Source: Minisyncoccia bacterium | GTDB lineage: Bacteria > Patescibacteriota > Minisyncoccia > Phycocordibacterales > CAIZLB01 | Length of the DNA stretch: 64,000 bases | Direction of reading: 5' to 3' | Assembly: GCA_041752275.1 (NCBI GenBank) | Contig: JBGSHK010000015.1 | Span: 64,641 to 128,640, forward strand | Part shown: piece by piece, positions 41,151 to 50,296 of the stretch | How positions within the stretch are numbered: position 1 is the stretch's first letter | Layout: each line of letters begins with the position of its first letter | Made by a program: the position numbers and the translations under genes | Notes under the pieces: model-generated | Seen by the model: the letters and a program-made list of their open reading frames with translations, nothing else | Told to the model about the DNA's origin: nothing | The model's database searches: none

Positions 41151-41667
41151 AATTTAATGTTTGTGAAAAAGTAAAATTTTTATTTTGATTAAAAACAGAA
41201 TAAGGTAAATCAGCACCTTTGTACTTACTTGTATTTAAAGTATCTACTAAAATACTTGCTGTGTTTTTATTATTAACATCAGCAACAACTGTAACTTTTT
41301 TATCTAGAGAGTTTACATTTATACTTATAATTTTAACGTTTGGAACACTTCTATATATATTTTTTATTTCTTGAAATATTTCTATGGTATTTTTTTTAAC
41401 ATCTATATTAAAAATTGAAATATTATTTATACTAGAAACGTCAACTTCATCAACCTTGGTTCTATATTGATTTATAGTATTTTCTATTGGGATTATTTTA
41501 TCTGTAACTATTTTTTTATCCATGTGCATAATTAAATAAGCTGGAAAAAGAGAAATTGATAATATAATTGATAAAATTATAAAACCAATAGAAAACACTA
41601 TAAATAAATTATTATAATATTCATCAAGTATTTTTTCTTTTTGTTTTTTATTTATTAAAAAAAGCAT
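41143..41667 (-). CDS. PilN-like protein
   Basis: TM, coiled coil and ferredoxin-like pattern directly after pilM. Confidence 0.6.
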   Translation of the reverse strand: MLFLINKKQKEKILDEYYNNLFIVFSIGFIILSIILSISLFPAYLIMHMDKKIVTDKIIPIENTINQYRTKVDEVDVSSINNISIFNIDVKKNTIEIFQEIKNIYRSVPNVKIISINVNSLDKKVTVVADVNNKNTASILVDTLNTSKYKGADLPYSVFNQNKNFTFSQTLNYE

Positions 41668-41671
41668 ATTT

Positions 41672-42682
41672 TTATTTTAATCTAGGTAATGCAAGTCCTA
41701 TAGACGTTGCATATTGATAAGAATCTGTTTTATTAATAAGTGGAATTTCCTCATTTAAATCAAGTACATTAACCCATACATTTGGTTTTTCTATTGGCAT
41801 AGCCAACTTGTTTGTCATCATATTTATAAATTCTGAATCTATTATATTTGAGTGTGTAGAATTTATTATTAAAGATTTTATATTATTAAATTTATATGAG
41901 TTATTTTTTTCTATATATGAAAACCAAAAAAATATTATTTTATATATGTCTTTTATAACTTCTTCTAATATCTCAATTCTTTCAAGGTTTAAATCTTGGT
42001 CAAAAATAGTCTTATTGATTGTTGATGTGTATAAAACTATGCCAAAAGAAACTATGGAAACTGAAATGTTTTTTCTTTCAATAGAAACGATACAGTAGGA
42101 ATTTTTATCATCTTTATGTATTAATGATTTACTCAGAGCTTGGTTTTGTATTAAAATAGATACTATTTTTAAATTTGCTTTCTGAAAAGTTTCTATGTAA
42201 TCATCTATAATTTTTTTAGAAACAACTGTAATAGAGATAAGTTTTTTTTTATTTTCTAAATTTAAAATTTCGACAAAATCAAATATTATTTCATCAACTT
42301 TAAATGGAACATTTTCTTCTATTTTAAATTCTATTTGACTATTTATAGCAGAAATATCACCATCATCGACTTCCTGAGTATATATATAAGCTAATTCTTC
42401 AGGTAAAGAAACTTCAACATATTTATATTTATATTCTTTTTTGATTTTTTTTAAAATTTCTAAAATTTCTAAAATTTCTAAATTTGTTGATAATAAATCT
42501 TCTTTACTTCTTATGTTTTTTATTTCTTCTACTCCATATGTATCTAAAATAAGTTTATTATTTATTTTTTTAAAATTTATATGTCTAATATGAGCTGAAC
42601 ATACATCAATACCTGCGTGATCAAATCTGATCATTTTTGGTACAGGTATATGTTTTTTTATTTTTTCTAAAAAAATATTCAT
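41672..42682 (-). CDS. pilM: type IV pilus assembly protein PilM-like
   Basis: AGIDV, VSLPEE, EENVPF, YATSIGLAL. Confidence 0.8.
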   Translation of the reverse strand: MNIFLEKIKKHIPVPKMIRFDHAGIDVCSAHIRHINFKKINNKLILDTYGVEEIKNIRSKEDLLSTNLEILEILEILKKIKKEYKYKYVEVSLPEELAYIYTQEVDDGDISAINSQIEFKIEENVPFKVDEIIFDFVEILNLENKKKLISITVVSKKIIDDYIETFQKANLKIVSILIQNQALSKSLIHKDDKNSYCIVSIERKNISVSIVSFGIVLYTSTINKTIFDQDLNLERIEILEEVIKDIYKIIFFWFSYIEKNNSYKFNNIKSLIINSTHSNIIDSEFINMMTNKLAMPIEKPNVWVNVLDLNEEIPLINKTDSYQYATSIGLALPRLK

Positions 42683-42693
42683 GATTTATTATA

Positions 42694-43017
42694 TTATGAT
42701 AATAAAGTTCCAACAGGTAAATCTCTGTTTGGTTGTATAAGTGCCAGTCCCTGCCCATCCTTACCTGCCAATATCATAGCCTGACTTTCAATACCTAAAA
42801 TGGCACGCGGTTCAAGATTTGTAACAAAAACTTTTTGACTACCTATAAAAGTTTCAAGGTCAACGTGCCCCGCTATACCAGAAACAACTGTTCTGATTTT
42901 ATCTTCAGCAAAATCAACTTCCAACTTCAATAATTTATCAGACCCTTCAACAGGTATTGCTGAAATAATTTTACCTATCTTCATTTCAACTTTTTTGAAT
43001 TCGTCAAATGTAATCAT
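42694..43017 (-). CDS. stand-alone tRNA-binding OB protein (MetRS C-terminal/Trbp111 family)
   Basis: ITFDEFKKVE, SDKLLKL, NLEPR...G..SQAM. Confidence 0.9.
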   Translation of the reverse strand: MITFDEFKKVEMKIGKIISAIPVEGSDKLLKLEVDFAEDKIRTVVSGIAGHVDLETFIGSQKVFVTNLEPRAILGIESQAMILAGKDGQGLALIQPNRDLPVGTLLS

Positions 43018-43030
43018 GCTTATGATTATA

Positions 43031-43480
43031 CTATACTTTAGACTTTGAATCGAGAAAATTTTGTAAAATCACAGCTGCAACTTTAGAGTCATCGTTTTTT
43101 GAGGATTCTCGAACAGATTTTGCATTTTTAGAAAAACTTTTTGATGTTTGTTTTTTTTGAAAATGATGACGGGTTTCTGAACTTATGAGTGATGTTGTCA
43201 TACGCTCATCTATGCGATGTATGTTGTATTTTTTATCTTTATTTAAAATCTTAATAAATGCAGTTATATGCTTTTCAACAGTATTATCTTTTTTATCATA
43301 ATCAAATGATTTTCCAACAACAATATCCTTAATCTCTTCTTGATCACATAAGCGCTGTATGTACTCTATGTGCTTTTCATCGTTTATAACGATATCACGC
43401 GGAAATGCCATAGATGCCCTATCATCACTGATAGCTATACCTATCTTTTTTTGACCATAGTCTACCCCTAGATATTTCAT
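43031..43480 (-). CDS. ruvX: YqgF/RuvX family nuclease
   Basis: LGVDYGQKKIGIAISD, DERMTT, AAVILQNFLD; start moved to 43480. Confidence 0.92.
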   Translation of the reverse strand: MKYLGVDYGQKKIGIAISDDRASMAFPRDIVINDEKHIEYIQRLCDQEEIKDIVVGKSFDYDKKDNTVEKHITAFIKILNKDKKYNIHRIDERMTTSLISSETRHHFQKKQTSKSFSKNAKSVRESSKNDDSKVAAVILQNFLDSKSKV

Positions 43481-43526
43481 ATATAATCTGATAATATCAT
43501 AAAGGTATATCGACGTATACACTTAT

Positions 43527-43613
43527 GGAGGAGTGGCAGAGAGGTCGATTGCACCTGTCTTGAAAACAGGAGGGCTCTAACGGGTCCCGTGAGTTCGAAT
43601 CTCACCTCCTCCG
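43527..43613 (+). tRNA. tRNA-Ser(UGA)
   Basis: GGAGGAG/CTCCTCC acceptor, CT-TGA-AA loop, long variable arm, G73. Confidence 0.95.
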
Positions 43614-45071
43614 CACGGTAAGACTATCAGCTTGATTTAACATCAAATTGAATGGAGAACGCAAGGTAAAACCTAGCGTTTTTTCATTTAATACACAGTT
43701 CTGAAGTAAGAAACCAAGAAATTGGCGCTTTTCTTCAACTTCGGAACTAATAAATATCTCTTTTGCTCGTTTTGCTATATTTAATGTTGTATTTGCTGTG
43801 ATATAGAAGTGTTCGTCCGCATCAGAGTGGTCCTTCATTTGGTCCAACACATCAGCTTGTTTCTCTTTGTACTCTTTCAAAAAGCTGTCATACATTTCAT
43901 CCGTAATACGACCGTCGAGCTTATCTTCATACATCTTCTTTATCCTTGCTTCATATTTATCGTGTTCAGTCTTGAGTGAGTTTATGCTTTGTCGGTAAAA
44001 TCTATTTTCATTTTCACCAATCTCCTTCAACGCTTCGGTAATTTCACCAATCTTTTTATCTGAAAGCTTGAAATCGAGCGCTTTGTAAACCTGCTCCAAA
44101 AGCATATCTTCAGTTACAGAGACCCTTTTACAGTCTTTGTACCCTGAACAACTGTAGTAGGTATATTTTTCTTTTTTAAGTTGCCCACCAATTACACCTC
44201 CACATTTAGCACATACAATAAGACCCCTAAAGATAAAAGGTTTTGAAGCATACTTTGTGGGAACTTTATTATGTCTTTCCATTACCTCTTGGCATTTATC
44301 AAACAGTTCCTTTGAAATAATTGGTTTATAAGCATGTCTGTACCGTAAATCATGAGTTCTTGAGTAGGCATAACCATAGTAAAAACTATCATTCAATATC
44401 TTGAATATCATAGCTTGATTTACCCTTTCATTGACCCTGCTTCTAAAACCTATTTTATACATTCTATCAGCGAGGGTTTTTACAGACACATCACCTTTCG
44501 CATATTCCTCAAAGATACGAACTATGAAATGAGCCTTGTCATCAGGCACCACATCAATCCTACGCATCCTTAATGGATTATCATTATACAAACTCTTGTA
44601 GCCAATGGCTGGCATTCCCGTAATTTCACCATCCTCTCTCATTTTGTCGTGTTTTCGTTTAAGGTTATCACTCAATTGCAACACATAACTTTTAGCAAAC
44701 ATAACGCCCATATCCCAACGCAATATATCAGCACTGTTTGACTTCTTATTTATAACAAGATTTTCTCTATAAAAATGCAACTCAACTTTATCTTCCCTTC
44801 GTAACTCGTCAAAGATAACACTCTCGCGAAAACTTCTTTGTAATCGGTCTACAGTATCCACAACAACAGCTATGGTTTCTTTTGACTTTTTTATTATTTC
44901 AATAATTTCTTGAAACTTTATTCTATACCCTTTCGTTGAACTTTCTTTCAGTTTAAATGTTTTCCACTCTTCCAAACCCTTACCTTTAACATAATCAAGG
45001 ATACGGGACAGCTGTGCATCATTACTATCTTGGTTTTTGTCACTTTCTCTGGCTAAAATAATTGCTTTCAT
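43602..45071 (-). CDS. large serine recombinase/integrase (C-terminally truncated when integrated)
   Basis: ILARES catalytic Ser, VDRLQRS, recombinase domain, zinc ribbon CAKCG...YYSC; stop codon lies inside tRNA-Ser. Confidence 0.93.
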   Translation of the reverse strand: MKAIILARESDKNQDSNDAQLSRILDYVKGKGLEEWKTFKLKESSTKGYRIKFQEIIEIIKKSKETIAVVVDTVDRLQRSFRESVIFDELRREDKVELHFYRENLVINKKSNSADILRWDMGVMFAKSYVLQLSDNLKRKHDKMREDGEITGMPAIGYKSLYNDNPLRMRRIDVVPDDKAHFIVRIFEEYAKGDVSVKTLADRMYKIGFRSRVNERVNQAMIFKILNDSFYYGYAYSRTHDLRYRHAYKPIISKELFDKCQEVMERHNKVPTKYASKPFIFRGLIVCAKCGGVIGGQLKKEKYTYYSCSGYKDCKRVSVTEDMLLEQVYKALDFKLSDKKIGEITEALKEIGENENRFYRQSINSLKTEHDKYEARIKKMYEDKLDGRITDEMYDSFLKEYKEKQADVLDQMKDHSDADEHFYITANTTLNIAKRAKEIFISSEVEEKRQFLGFLLQNCVLNEKTLGFTLRSPFNLMLNQADSLTVRRR

Positions 45072-45535
45072 TTGAATAGTGATATTATTGAAATAATAAT
45101 TGCAATTAAAGATAAAATCAGCGTTACAGGATTTTCTGTTGCTTTGTTTTTAAAATACTCCCAACCACTTTTTCCTTTAGTTGTTAATACAATACTTTCG
45201 GTTAACTCTTCAGTTACATCATAACTAAAGCTTGAGCCATTTTTTGTTTCTATTACTGGAAATGTTTTTTGAGTGCCAATAACTATTAAACCATCTAATT
45301 CCATTCTTTTTAATTCAAACATTATTTCATTTTTCCAACTCAACTCAAAAATACCATCAGGAGAATATACGGGGTATTTATCATCATATTTTTTTATGAT
45401 AAACCCATAATCAGGAAAAACTAAAGGGTCTTCAGATATAGATTGGTATTCTTCAGGGATTTCAAAGAGATATTCACTCCTAGATATTTTACTACCTTCT
45501 AACTCTTTTAATAATTTTATAAGTCTATTCCTCAT
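45068..45535 (-). CDS. hypothetical protein with C-terminal TM
   Basis: 155-aa ORF overlapping integrase start; LTTKG, hydrophobic tail. Confidence 0.7.
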   Translation of the reverse strand: MRNRLIKLLKELEGSKISRSEYLFEIPEEYQSISEDPLVFPDYGFIIKKYDDKYPVYSPDGIFELSWKNEIMFELKRMELDGLIVIGTQKTFPVIETKNGSSFSYDVTEELTESIVLTTKGKSGWEYFKNKATENPVTLILSLIAIIISIISLFK

Positions 45536-45543
45536 ATAGCAGT

Positions 45544-45723
45544 TTATTTTGTAGTACTTAATTTATTCAAAAAGGCTTCAAAGTCCGTCTTCTCTATACG
45601 AAACTCTTTGCCTATTTTATATGCTTTTAATTTCTTTGCATCAATGTAACGATAAATAGTCATTATATTGAAGCCTAGCTTTTCTGCTAAATCTTTAGCT
45701 GTGTAGAAGTCTTTTTCTTTCAT
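45544..45723 (-). CDS. excisionase-like HTH DNA-binding protein
   Basis: 59-aa ORF missed by track: MKEKDFYTAKDLAEKLGFNIMTIYRYIDAKKLKAYKIGKEFRI. Confidence 0.88.
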   Translation of the reverse strand: MKEKDFYTAKDLAEKLGFNIMTIYRYIDAKKLKAYKIGKEFRIEKTDFEAFLNKLSTTK

Positions 45724-45750
45724 AATTTATTTTTATATTATTGTTATTAA

Positions 45751-46905
45751 TTATACTTTACTATTCTTTACATTGCAATCTTCAATGTCGGACAACCTGA
45801 AAGGTTTAAAATCATCAATAGCATCCTTTATTTGTCTTACCCAGTCGTGGTATGTTTTACCAGAAATCTCGTCTAGGAGCTTCAAATCATCAGCTATACG
45901 ATACCAAGTCCTAGATGTTGCGTATCTCTCAACCACAGCCCTAATATCCCTTATTCCCTCCTTACTTAAGACCCTTAGTCCTACTAGATACAGTGCATCT
46001 TTAGGTTTTGTATCAGGTCTGTTTTTAAAGATTGCTTCTAGTGTCTTTTTGGGATTACTTTCAACATCAAATAAGAATAGATTTTTCCCTGTTATTAACT
46101 CATCCCAATAATTTATCAATATCTTCTGACAAACATCCTTCTTGAATATATCAGCAAAAGTTGGATTTTCTTTCAACCCTAAACCCTTAAGAATTGCATT
46201 CATTTTTACCTTTTTTGTAAGTCTAGCTTCAATACGCAACACTTCTTTTTTATCTTTTTTTGTCAAAGTTTCAAAGAGTGATAGTTGAAGTGGATTTTGA
46301 TCCTTATCAATAGCTCGCTTATTACCTTTCTTTAGATCCTGAACTTTATCATACACAACAAGAGAATGAGAGTTTGTATAGAACTGAAGTGAGTGACCGT
46401 TATTCCTAAAACTATCTTTATTAAGATCCATTTTCTGACTTACATCAATCTTATGTAATTCGTTAATAACAAAACCAGAAGTATATCCTTTTGTAAACTC
46501 TATGTTCTTTGAGGGGTGAAAGACCGACACTTTTGCATTTCTTAAATCTTCTAATTTAACGTATACAAACATTTCAGTCATTGCTTCTTGTAGATTTACA
46601 ATTACCCTTTCAAAATCTTTTTCTTGGACCTCGTCAACATTGTTTCCATAAGCCATTTTTGCTACAGAAAACTCTATTTTGAGCGGTATTTCATTACCGT
46701 TTTTTGTCGGTCTTTTCATCAGTGTAATTCTTGGTTTGTAAAAACCTTCTTTCTTATCTGTGGCGGTAGGATTATTTACACATTTAATGAGATAATTTCC
46801 TGACATTTTAAGAATATTCGCATTAGGAGTAAAAGCTTCGGGTCGAAGTCTATAGTAGCCTCTCGGTATCGTTAATATTACTGTGTCTAGCATATACATT
46901 TTCAT
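45751..46905 (-). CDS. putative rolling-circle replication initiator (phage/plasmid gene II/X-like)
   Basis: LDTV, IEFSVAK...GNN, YDK, VLRIEAR; position within mobile element. Confidence 0.65.
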   Translation of the reverse strand: MKMYMLDTVILTIPRGYYRLRPEAFTPNANILKMSGNYLIKCVNNPTATDKKEGFYKPRITLMKRPTKNGNEIPLKIEFSVAKMAYGNNVDEVQEKDFERVIVNLQEAMTEMFVYVKLEDLRNAKVSVFHPSKNIEFTKGYTSGFVINELHKIDVSQKMDLNKDSFRNNGHSLQFYTNSHSLVVYDKVQDLKKGNKRAIDKDQNPLQLSLFETLTKKDKKEVLRIEARLTKKVKMNAILKGLGLKENPTFADIFKKDVCQKILINYWDELITGKNLFLFDVESNPKKTLEAIFKNRPDTKPKDALYLVGLRVLSKEGIRDIRAVVERYATSRTWYRIADDLKLLDEISGKTYHDWVRQIKDAIDDFKPFRLSDIEDCNVKNSKV

Positions 46906-47182
46906 TACTTATTTTATTTTTATAAATCAAAACCTCTTCTGCTTTTGTTATAATTGCCTGTTCAATATCCAAAGCAATCTTTCTGTTTATCGGATGAAAA
47001 ACATTGAAGTTTTTACCGTTCAGGTTTTTGGTCGGATAAGTTACTCGATATCCACTTCCATCTAATTTTGTATGAATACCGATTGAGCCAAGATACAGAC
47101 TATTCTCAATAACTAAACTTGCTATAGCTACAAGTCCATTATTTGGCTTTATTGGTATTATTTGTATTTCTGTTATTTTCAT
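46850..47182 (-). CDS. SpoVG family nucleic-acid-binding protein
   Basis: MKITEIQI, LVAIAS, YPT, VFHPIN. Confidence 0.85.
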   Translation of the reverse strand: MKITEIQIIPIKPNNGLVAIASLVIENSLYLGSIGIHTKLDGSGYRVTYPTKNLNGKNFNVFHPINRKIALDIEQAIITKAEEVLIYKNKISNENVYARHSNINDTERLL

Positions 47183-47318
47183 ATAGATGTGGATTTACTC
47201 TTTTATCAACCTTCAACAACAATGCGAAAAAACCAAGTAGGTTGTTTCGGTCTATTTCGTTGAGTTCTTTCAACGACCAGTCCTTCTTTATTTCTTTTTT
47301 GTTATTGTTTTCGGACAT
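47139..47318 (-). CDS. small hypothetical protein
   Basis: 59-aa ORF missed by track (...NNLLGFFALLLKVDKRVNPHLY...) overlapping spoVG start. Confidence 0.6.
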   Translation of the reverse strand: MSENNNKKEIKKDWSLKELNEIDRNNLLGFFALLLKVDKRVNPHLYENNRNTNNTNKAK

Positions 47319-47384
47319 AAAAAAACCTGTAAGGGTGTCTTACAGATTAATTTAATTGATGTTTACAAAAGTTTGTAAACTTTT

Positions 47385-48959
47385 CTAGGGTTTCAAATAC
47401 TTCTTATTTATGGATATTGATTTAGTAGTAATATCCAGAAAATCCTTGATTTTTGTATCTTGAGCTATGATACTGTTAACCTTTTTACCTGCCTGATAAA
47501 CCTTATTTTCAGAGACCTTTTCGCCAAACTTATAACCCCAATCATCAATTACCTCGTCATTTGCCCATATCTTATTTTCATCCTTGAACAAGGTCCTCAT
47601 CAGCTTATGAGGGTCGCTTTCTTCCTTTTTTGATATAAGTATTTCTTCATTGTTAAATGAAAGTTTACGTGTATTTTCATCAAACGAAAGCGATGACGGG
47701 TTCTTGATTTCTTTTTTTTCCTTACCTTGTTTCAGTCTAATCGTAAACAGAAAACCTCTATCGTATAAATCAAACATCTGTTTTGGACCGTATGAAAAAT
47801 CTTCGATTTCAAGATAGCCATCTTTTTCGAGAGATAACATTGTATGGACAAATAAAAACAAATTAATAGTGTCGTTTTTATTATTTCTGCTTATTTTAAA
47901 AGTATCATTTGTATCATTTCCAATGTATTCTGGTTCAAAATATGGATGACCTATTTCCAAATCATCTCTTTGATACTCTTCATATTTTTCTTGAATATGC
48001 TTTATCAAAATATCCCTTTGTTTTTTAAAACCAAAAAATTGAGTGTGCAATTGCAAAGATAAACCTTCAGAAAAGAAAGTTCCTGTTAAGCCCTTTTTAC
48101 TTAAACCGTGCAAATTATCATTAATGAAAGCTGTAAGATACTCATCTAGATACTTTTCTATTTTATCTGTTTTCTTTATAAATAAACCAAAATTAGTATA
48201 TTCAAAAATCAGTCTTGATAATTTTTGTTGACTATCTTCATGAAGAAAGTTTTCTGCTGTAAAACCACCTTTCTTTAGCTTTTCTCTATTATGTTTATAA
48301 AACATTAATAAAAACTTTTCTATATCTTCTGTATTCCATTTACCGCCGTCATATTCAGGTACTAATTTGTGGACCAACTCAATAAAATCTTCATCAGCTT
48401 GTTTGTCTAGTATTGCATCTCTATATTCTTTTACTGGCTGATGCTCAAGTTCAGAAAACTTACTATTATCAAAATCATCATCTTTTAACATGTTTTCAAG
48501 AAAAGCTCTTTGCTCATTACTCAAGCTACCGTATTTTTCAACATCGTTTCTATTCTCTTCGGTATCTTCAAGATATTCCTTCATTAATCTCCCTGAATAT
48601 TCAGATAAAAAACCTCCCTCAAGCAGACTGTAGTCAGCATCGCCATACACCAAGAAACTTTCTTCGTCGAGTTCTTTTCCTGTATTTAATAGGTAGTTAA
48701 GAATTGTAGGAGACCCTGTTTTGTCATGTATCCTTTGAGTCGATTGCTTAATGGCTTTATTTATATCATCTTCAATTGTTGCAATATCACTAGGATTTTT
48801 TGGTTCAGAGACAAAAACATGCTTACCATCAAGAGTAAAAACATTACTCCATAGTGTTGAAATATGCTTCTTTTTTAGTATCCAATAAAGAATGAAAAGT
48901 TCCTTTTCATTTAGGTAGTTTTTATCTTTGTTTTCTAAATCGATTGTCCAACTGTTCAT
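47385..48959 (-). CDS. hypothetical protein with C-terminal winged-HTH-like domain
   Basis: 524-aa ORF; C-terminus resembles an OmpR-type effector domain. Confidence 0.65.
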   Translation of the reverse strand: MNSWTIDLENKDKNYLNEKELFILYWILKKKHISTLWSNVFTLDGKHVFVSEPKNPSDIATIEDDINKAIKQSTQRIHDKTGSPTILNYLLNTGKELDEESFLVYGDADYSLLEGGFLSEYSGRLMKEYLEDTEENRNDVEKYGSLSNEQRAFLENMLKDDDFDNSKFSELEHQPVKEYRDAILDKQADEDFIELVHKLVPEYDGGKWNTEDIEKFLLMFYKHNREKLKKGGFTAENFLHEDSQQKLSRLIFEYTNFGLFIKKTDKIEKYLDEYLTAFINDNLHGLSKKGLTGTFFSEGLSLQLHTQFFGFKKQRDILIKHIQEKYEEYQRDDLEIGHPYFEPEYIGNDTNDTFKISRNNKNDTINLFLFVHTMLSLEKDGYLEIEDFSYGPKQMFDLYDRGFLFTIRLKQGKEKKEIKNPSSLSFDENTRKLSFNNEEILISKKEESDPHKLMRTLFKDENKIWANDEVIDDWGYKFGEKVSENKVYQAGKKVNSIIAQDTKIKDFLDITTKSISINKKYLKP

Positions 48960-49030
48960 ACGCTTTACTTTACTTTACATTCCAATATAATTCAACGATA
49001 TATAGAAAAAGTTTTAGATTGTTCAATCAA

Positions 49031-49390
49031 TTATTTAACAGTTTTCTTTTTGAAGATTTGGCGTGTCATCAACCCTAATATAACAATACTGAAAAAAACA
49101 CTAATCTGAACATAGTAATTGGTCAGAGTCGCATAACTAGATAAATAAAACACTGCGACAAAAATACAATAATGCCACCATTTTGGCTTAATACTGTTTG
49201 GATTATTCTTACCTTTAGAGTAAAGCAACGCCATTCCCAACATAAGTATGACCATTACAACAATGACACCTAATCCTAATATCTTTTGCGTAGTGACATC
49301 CAACGAGTTACCTTCTAACATTGTTGCCAACGTCGCAATCCATCTGTAGTTTAGAACTATTAATAATATTAGGTAATTTCCCAATGGCAT
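49031..49390 (-). CDS. membrane protein
   Basis: About four hydrophobic segments. Confidence 0.7.
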   Translation of the reverse strand: MPLGNYLILLIVLNYRWIATLATMLEGNSLDVTTQKILGLGVIVVMVILMLGMALLYSKGKNNPNSIKPKWWHYCIFVAVFYLSSYATLTNYYVQISVFFSIVILGLMTRQIFKKKTVK

Positions 49391-49506
49391 ATCTGTATAA
49401 TATCACCATATTTAATGATTTGCATCAAAATGCACTTTGGTTTACTTTTACTTTGGTATGTATTAAGTTATAATACCATTATTACTTTTAATCATAAAAA
49501 AATATT

Positions 49507-49965
49507 ATGGACACAATCCAAACGCCTAATCAGGCAACACCAATCATTAAAAAAAAATCTATATGGTCAACATTGATATGGATTGGTTACTTTATATCCA
49601 TGCTAGCGACACTTTCTAATTTTTTCCTTTTTCTAACATTAAGAATAACGGATGGTAAGGACATTATAACCTCATCAGATGGTACAAGTATTAGCTTGAA
49701 TGCGTCATTAATAGCCACTGCCATTACTTTAATAATTTATTCAATTTTAACTGTATATTGTATAAAAAGAAAAAAGTCTACCTTAAAACTGTTGCCTGTG
49801 CTTGAGGTTATTTTATATTTTGTAGGTATTGCAAGTGCCATAATAATTTTTCAACTAAATGACTTATCAATGGCATATCTTCTTGGACCGATAATAAGTG
49901 GTTTAATAAGACCAGCAATAGCGATATTTGTTATGTATAAAAACAAAGCTGATTACATTTCGTAA
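49507..49965 (+). CDS. membrane protein
   Basis: About four hydrophobic segments. Confidence 0.75.
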   Translation: MDTIQTPNQATPIIKKKSIWSTLIWIGYFISMLATLSNFFLFLTLRITDGKDIITSSDGTSISLNASLIATAITLIIYSILTVYCIKRKKSTLKLLPVLEVILYFVGIASAIIIFQLNDLSMAYLLGPIISGLIRPAIAIFVMYKNKADYIS

Positions 49966-50015
49966 AACTGGCATTATTTTTAAAGCCTATAACAGTATTA
50001 GAACTGTATACGTAC

Positions 50016-50111
50016 CTAAACAGTCGCATATAGTTTTTTTATTCCCAGAAATCCCAATTCTTGCTTAACGGCCGTCCAATTCACAGTTCTGAACGCATCT
50101 ACCCACTCCCG
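50016..50111 (-). other. detached C-terminal coding segment of the serine integrase
   Basis: Start-less frame REWVDAFRTVNWTAVKQELGFLGIKKLYATV*, in frame with the integrase across the CCGC core. Confidence 0.75.
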
Positions 50112-50118
50112 CTATGAG

Positions 50119-50152
50119 AAAATGAATACATACTTGTTATGTATTCATTTTT
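50119..50152 (+). terminator. hairpin, likely the original tRNA-Ser terminator
   Basis: aaaatgaatacat/atgtattcatttt just outside the right att core. Confidence 0.7.
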
Positions 50153-50159
50153 GATTATA

Positions 50160-50277
50160 GGAGGAGAGGAGGCCGACAGTTTTGCTTCCGTGTGAGATTC
50201 GAAAAGCTTTTCTATGTTTTGAGCGCTGTGGTGCGAAAAACGAGAAAAGGTATACTGAAGCTGTAAGCTTCGAATCT
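50160..50277 (+). repeat. tRNA-matched structured module E2 (Ser)
   Basis: GGAGGAG-[hairpin]-GTGAGATTCGAA antisense to tRNA-Ser 3' end; conserved core; TTCGAATCT. Confidence 0.8.
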
Positions 50278-50296
50278 ATCGTGCTATAATAACCCC

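Larger units (their letters stand above)
43611..50112. mobile_element. integrated element at tRNA-Ser 3' end (serine integrase, xis, rep, spoVG, cargo)
   Basis: CCGC core at 43611-43614 and 50109-50112; removal restores tRNA-terminator-module layout; circularisation completes the integrase frame. Confidence 0.85.

Noticed and set aside
40201-42682. Very AT-rich pil cluster as a foreign island
   Set aside because: pilMNO-like genes are core in CPR and no mobility genes or ends are visible; fast divergence is a simpler explanation.
42694-43017. Split metG as a novelty
   Set aside because: A short MetRS with a stand-alone tRNA-binding protein is common.
43590-50120. Long direct repeat of the tRNA 3' end as attR
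   Set aside because: None exists; there is only the 4-bp CCGC core with weak flanking similarity, as expected for a serine integrase.
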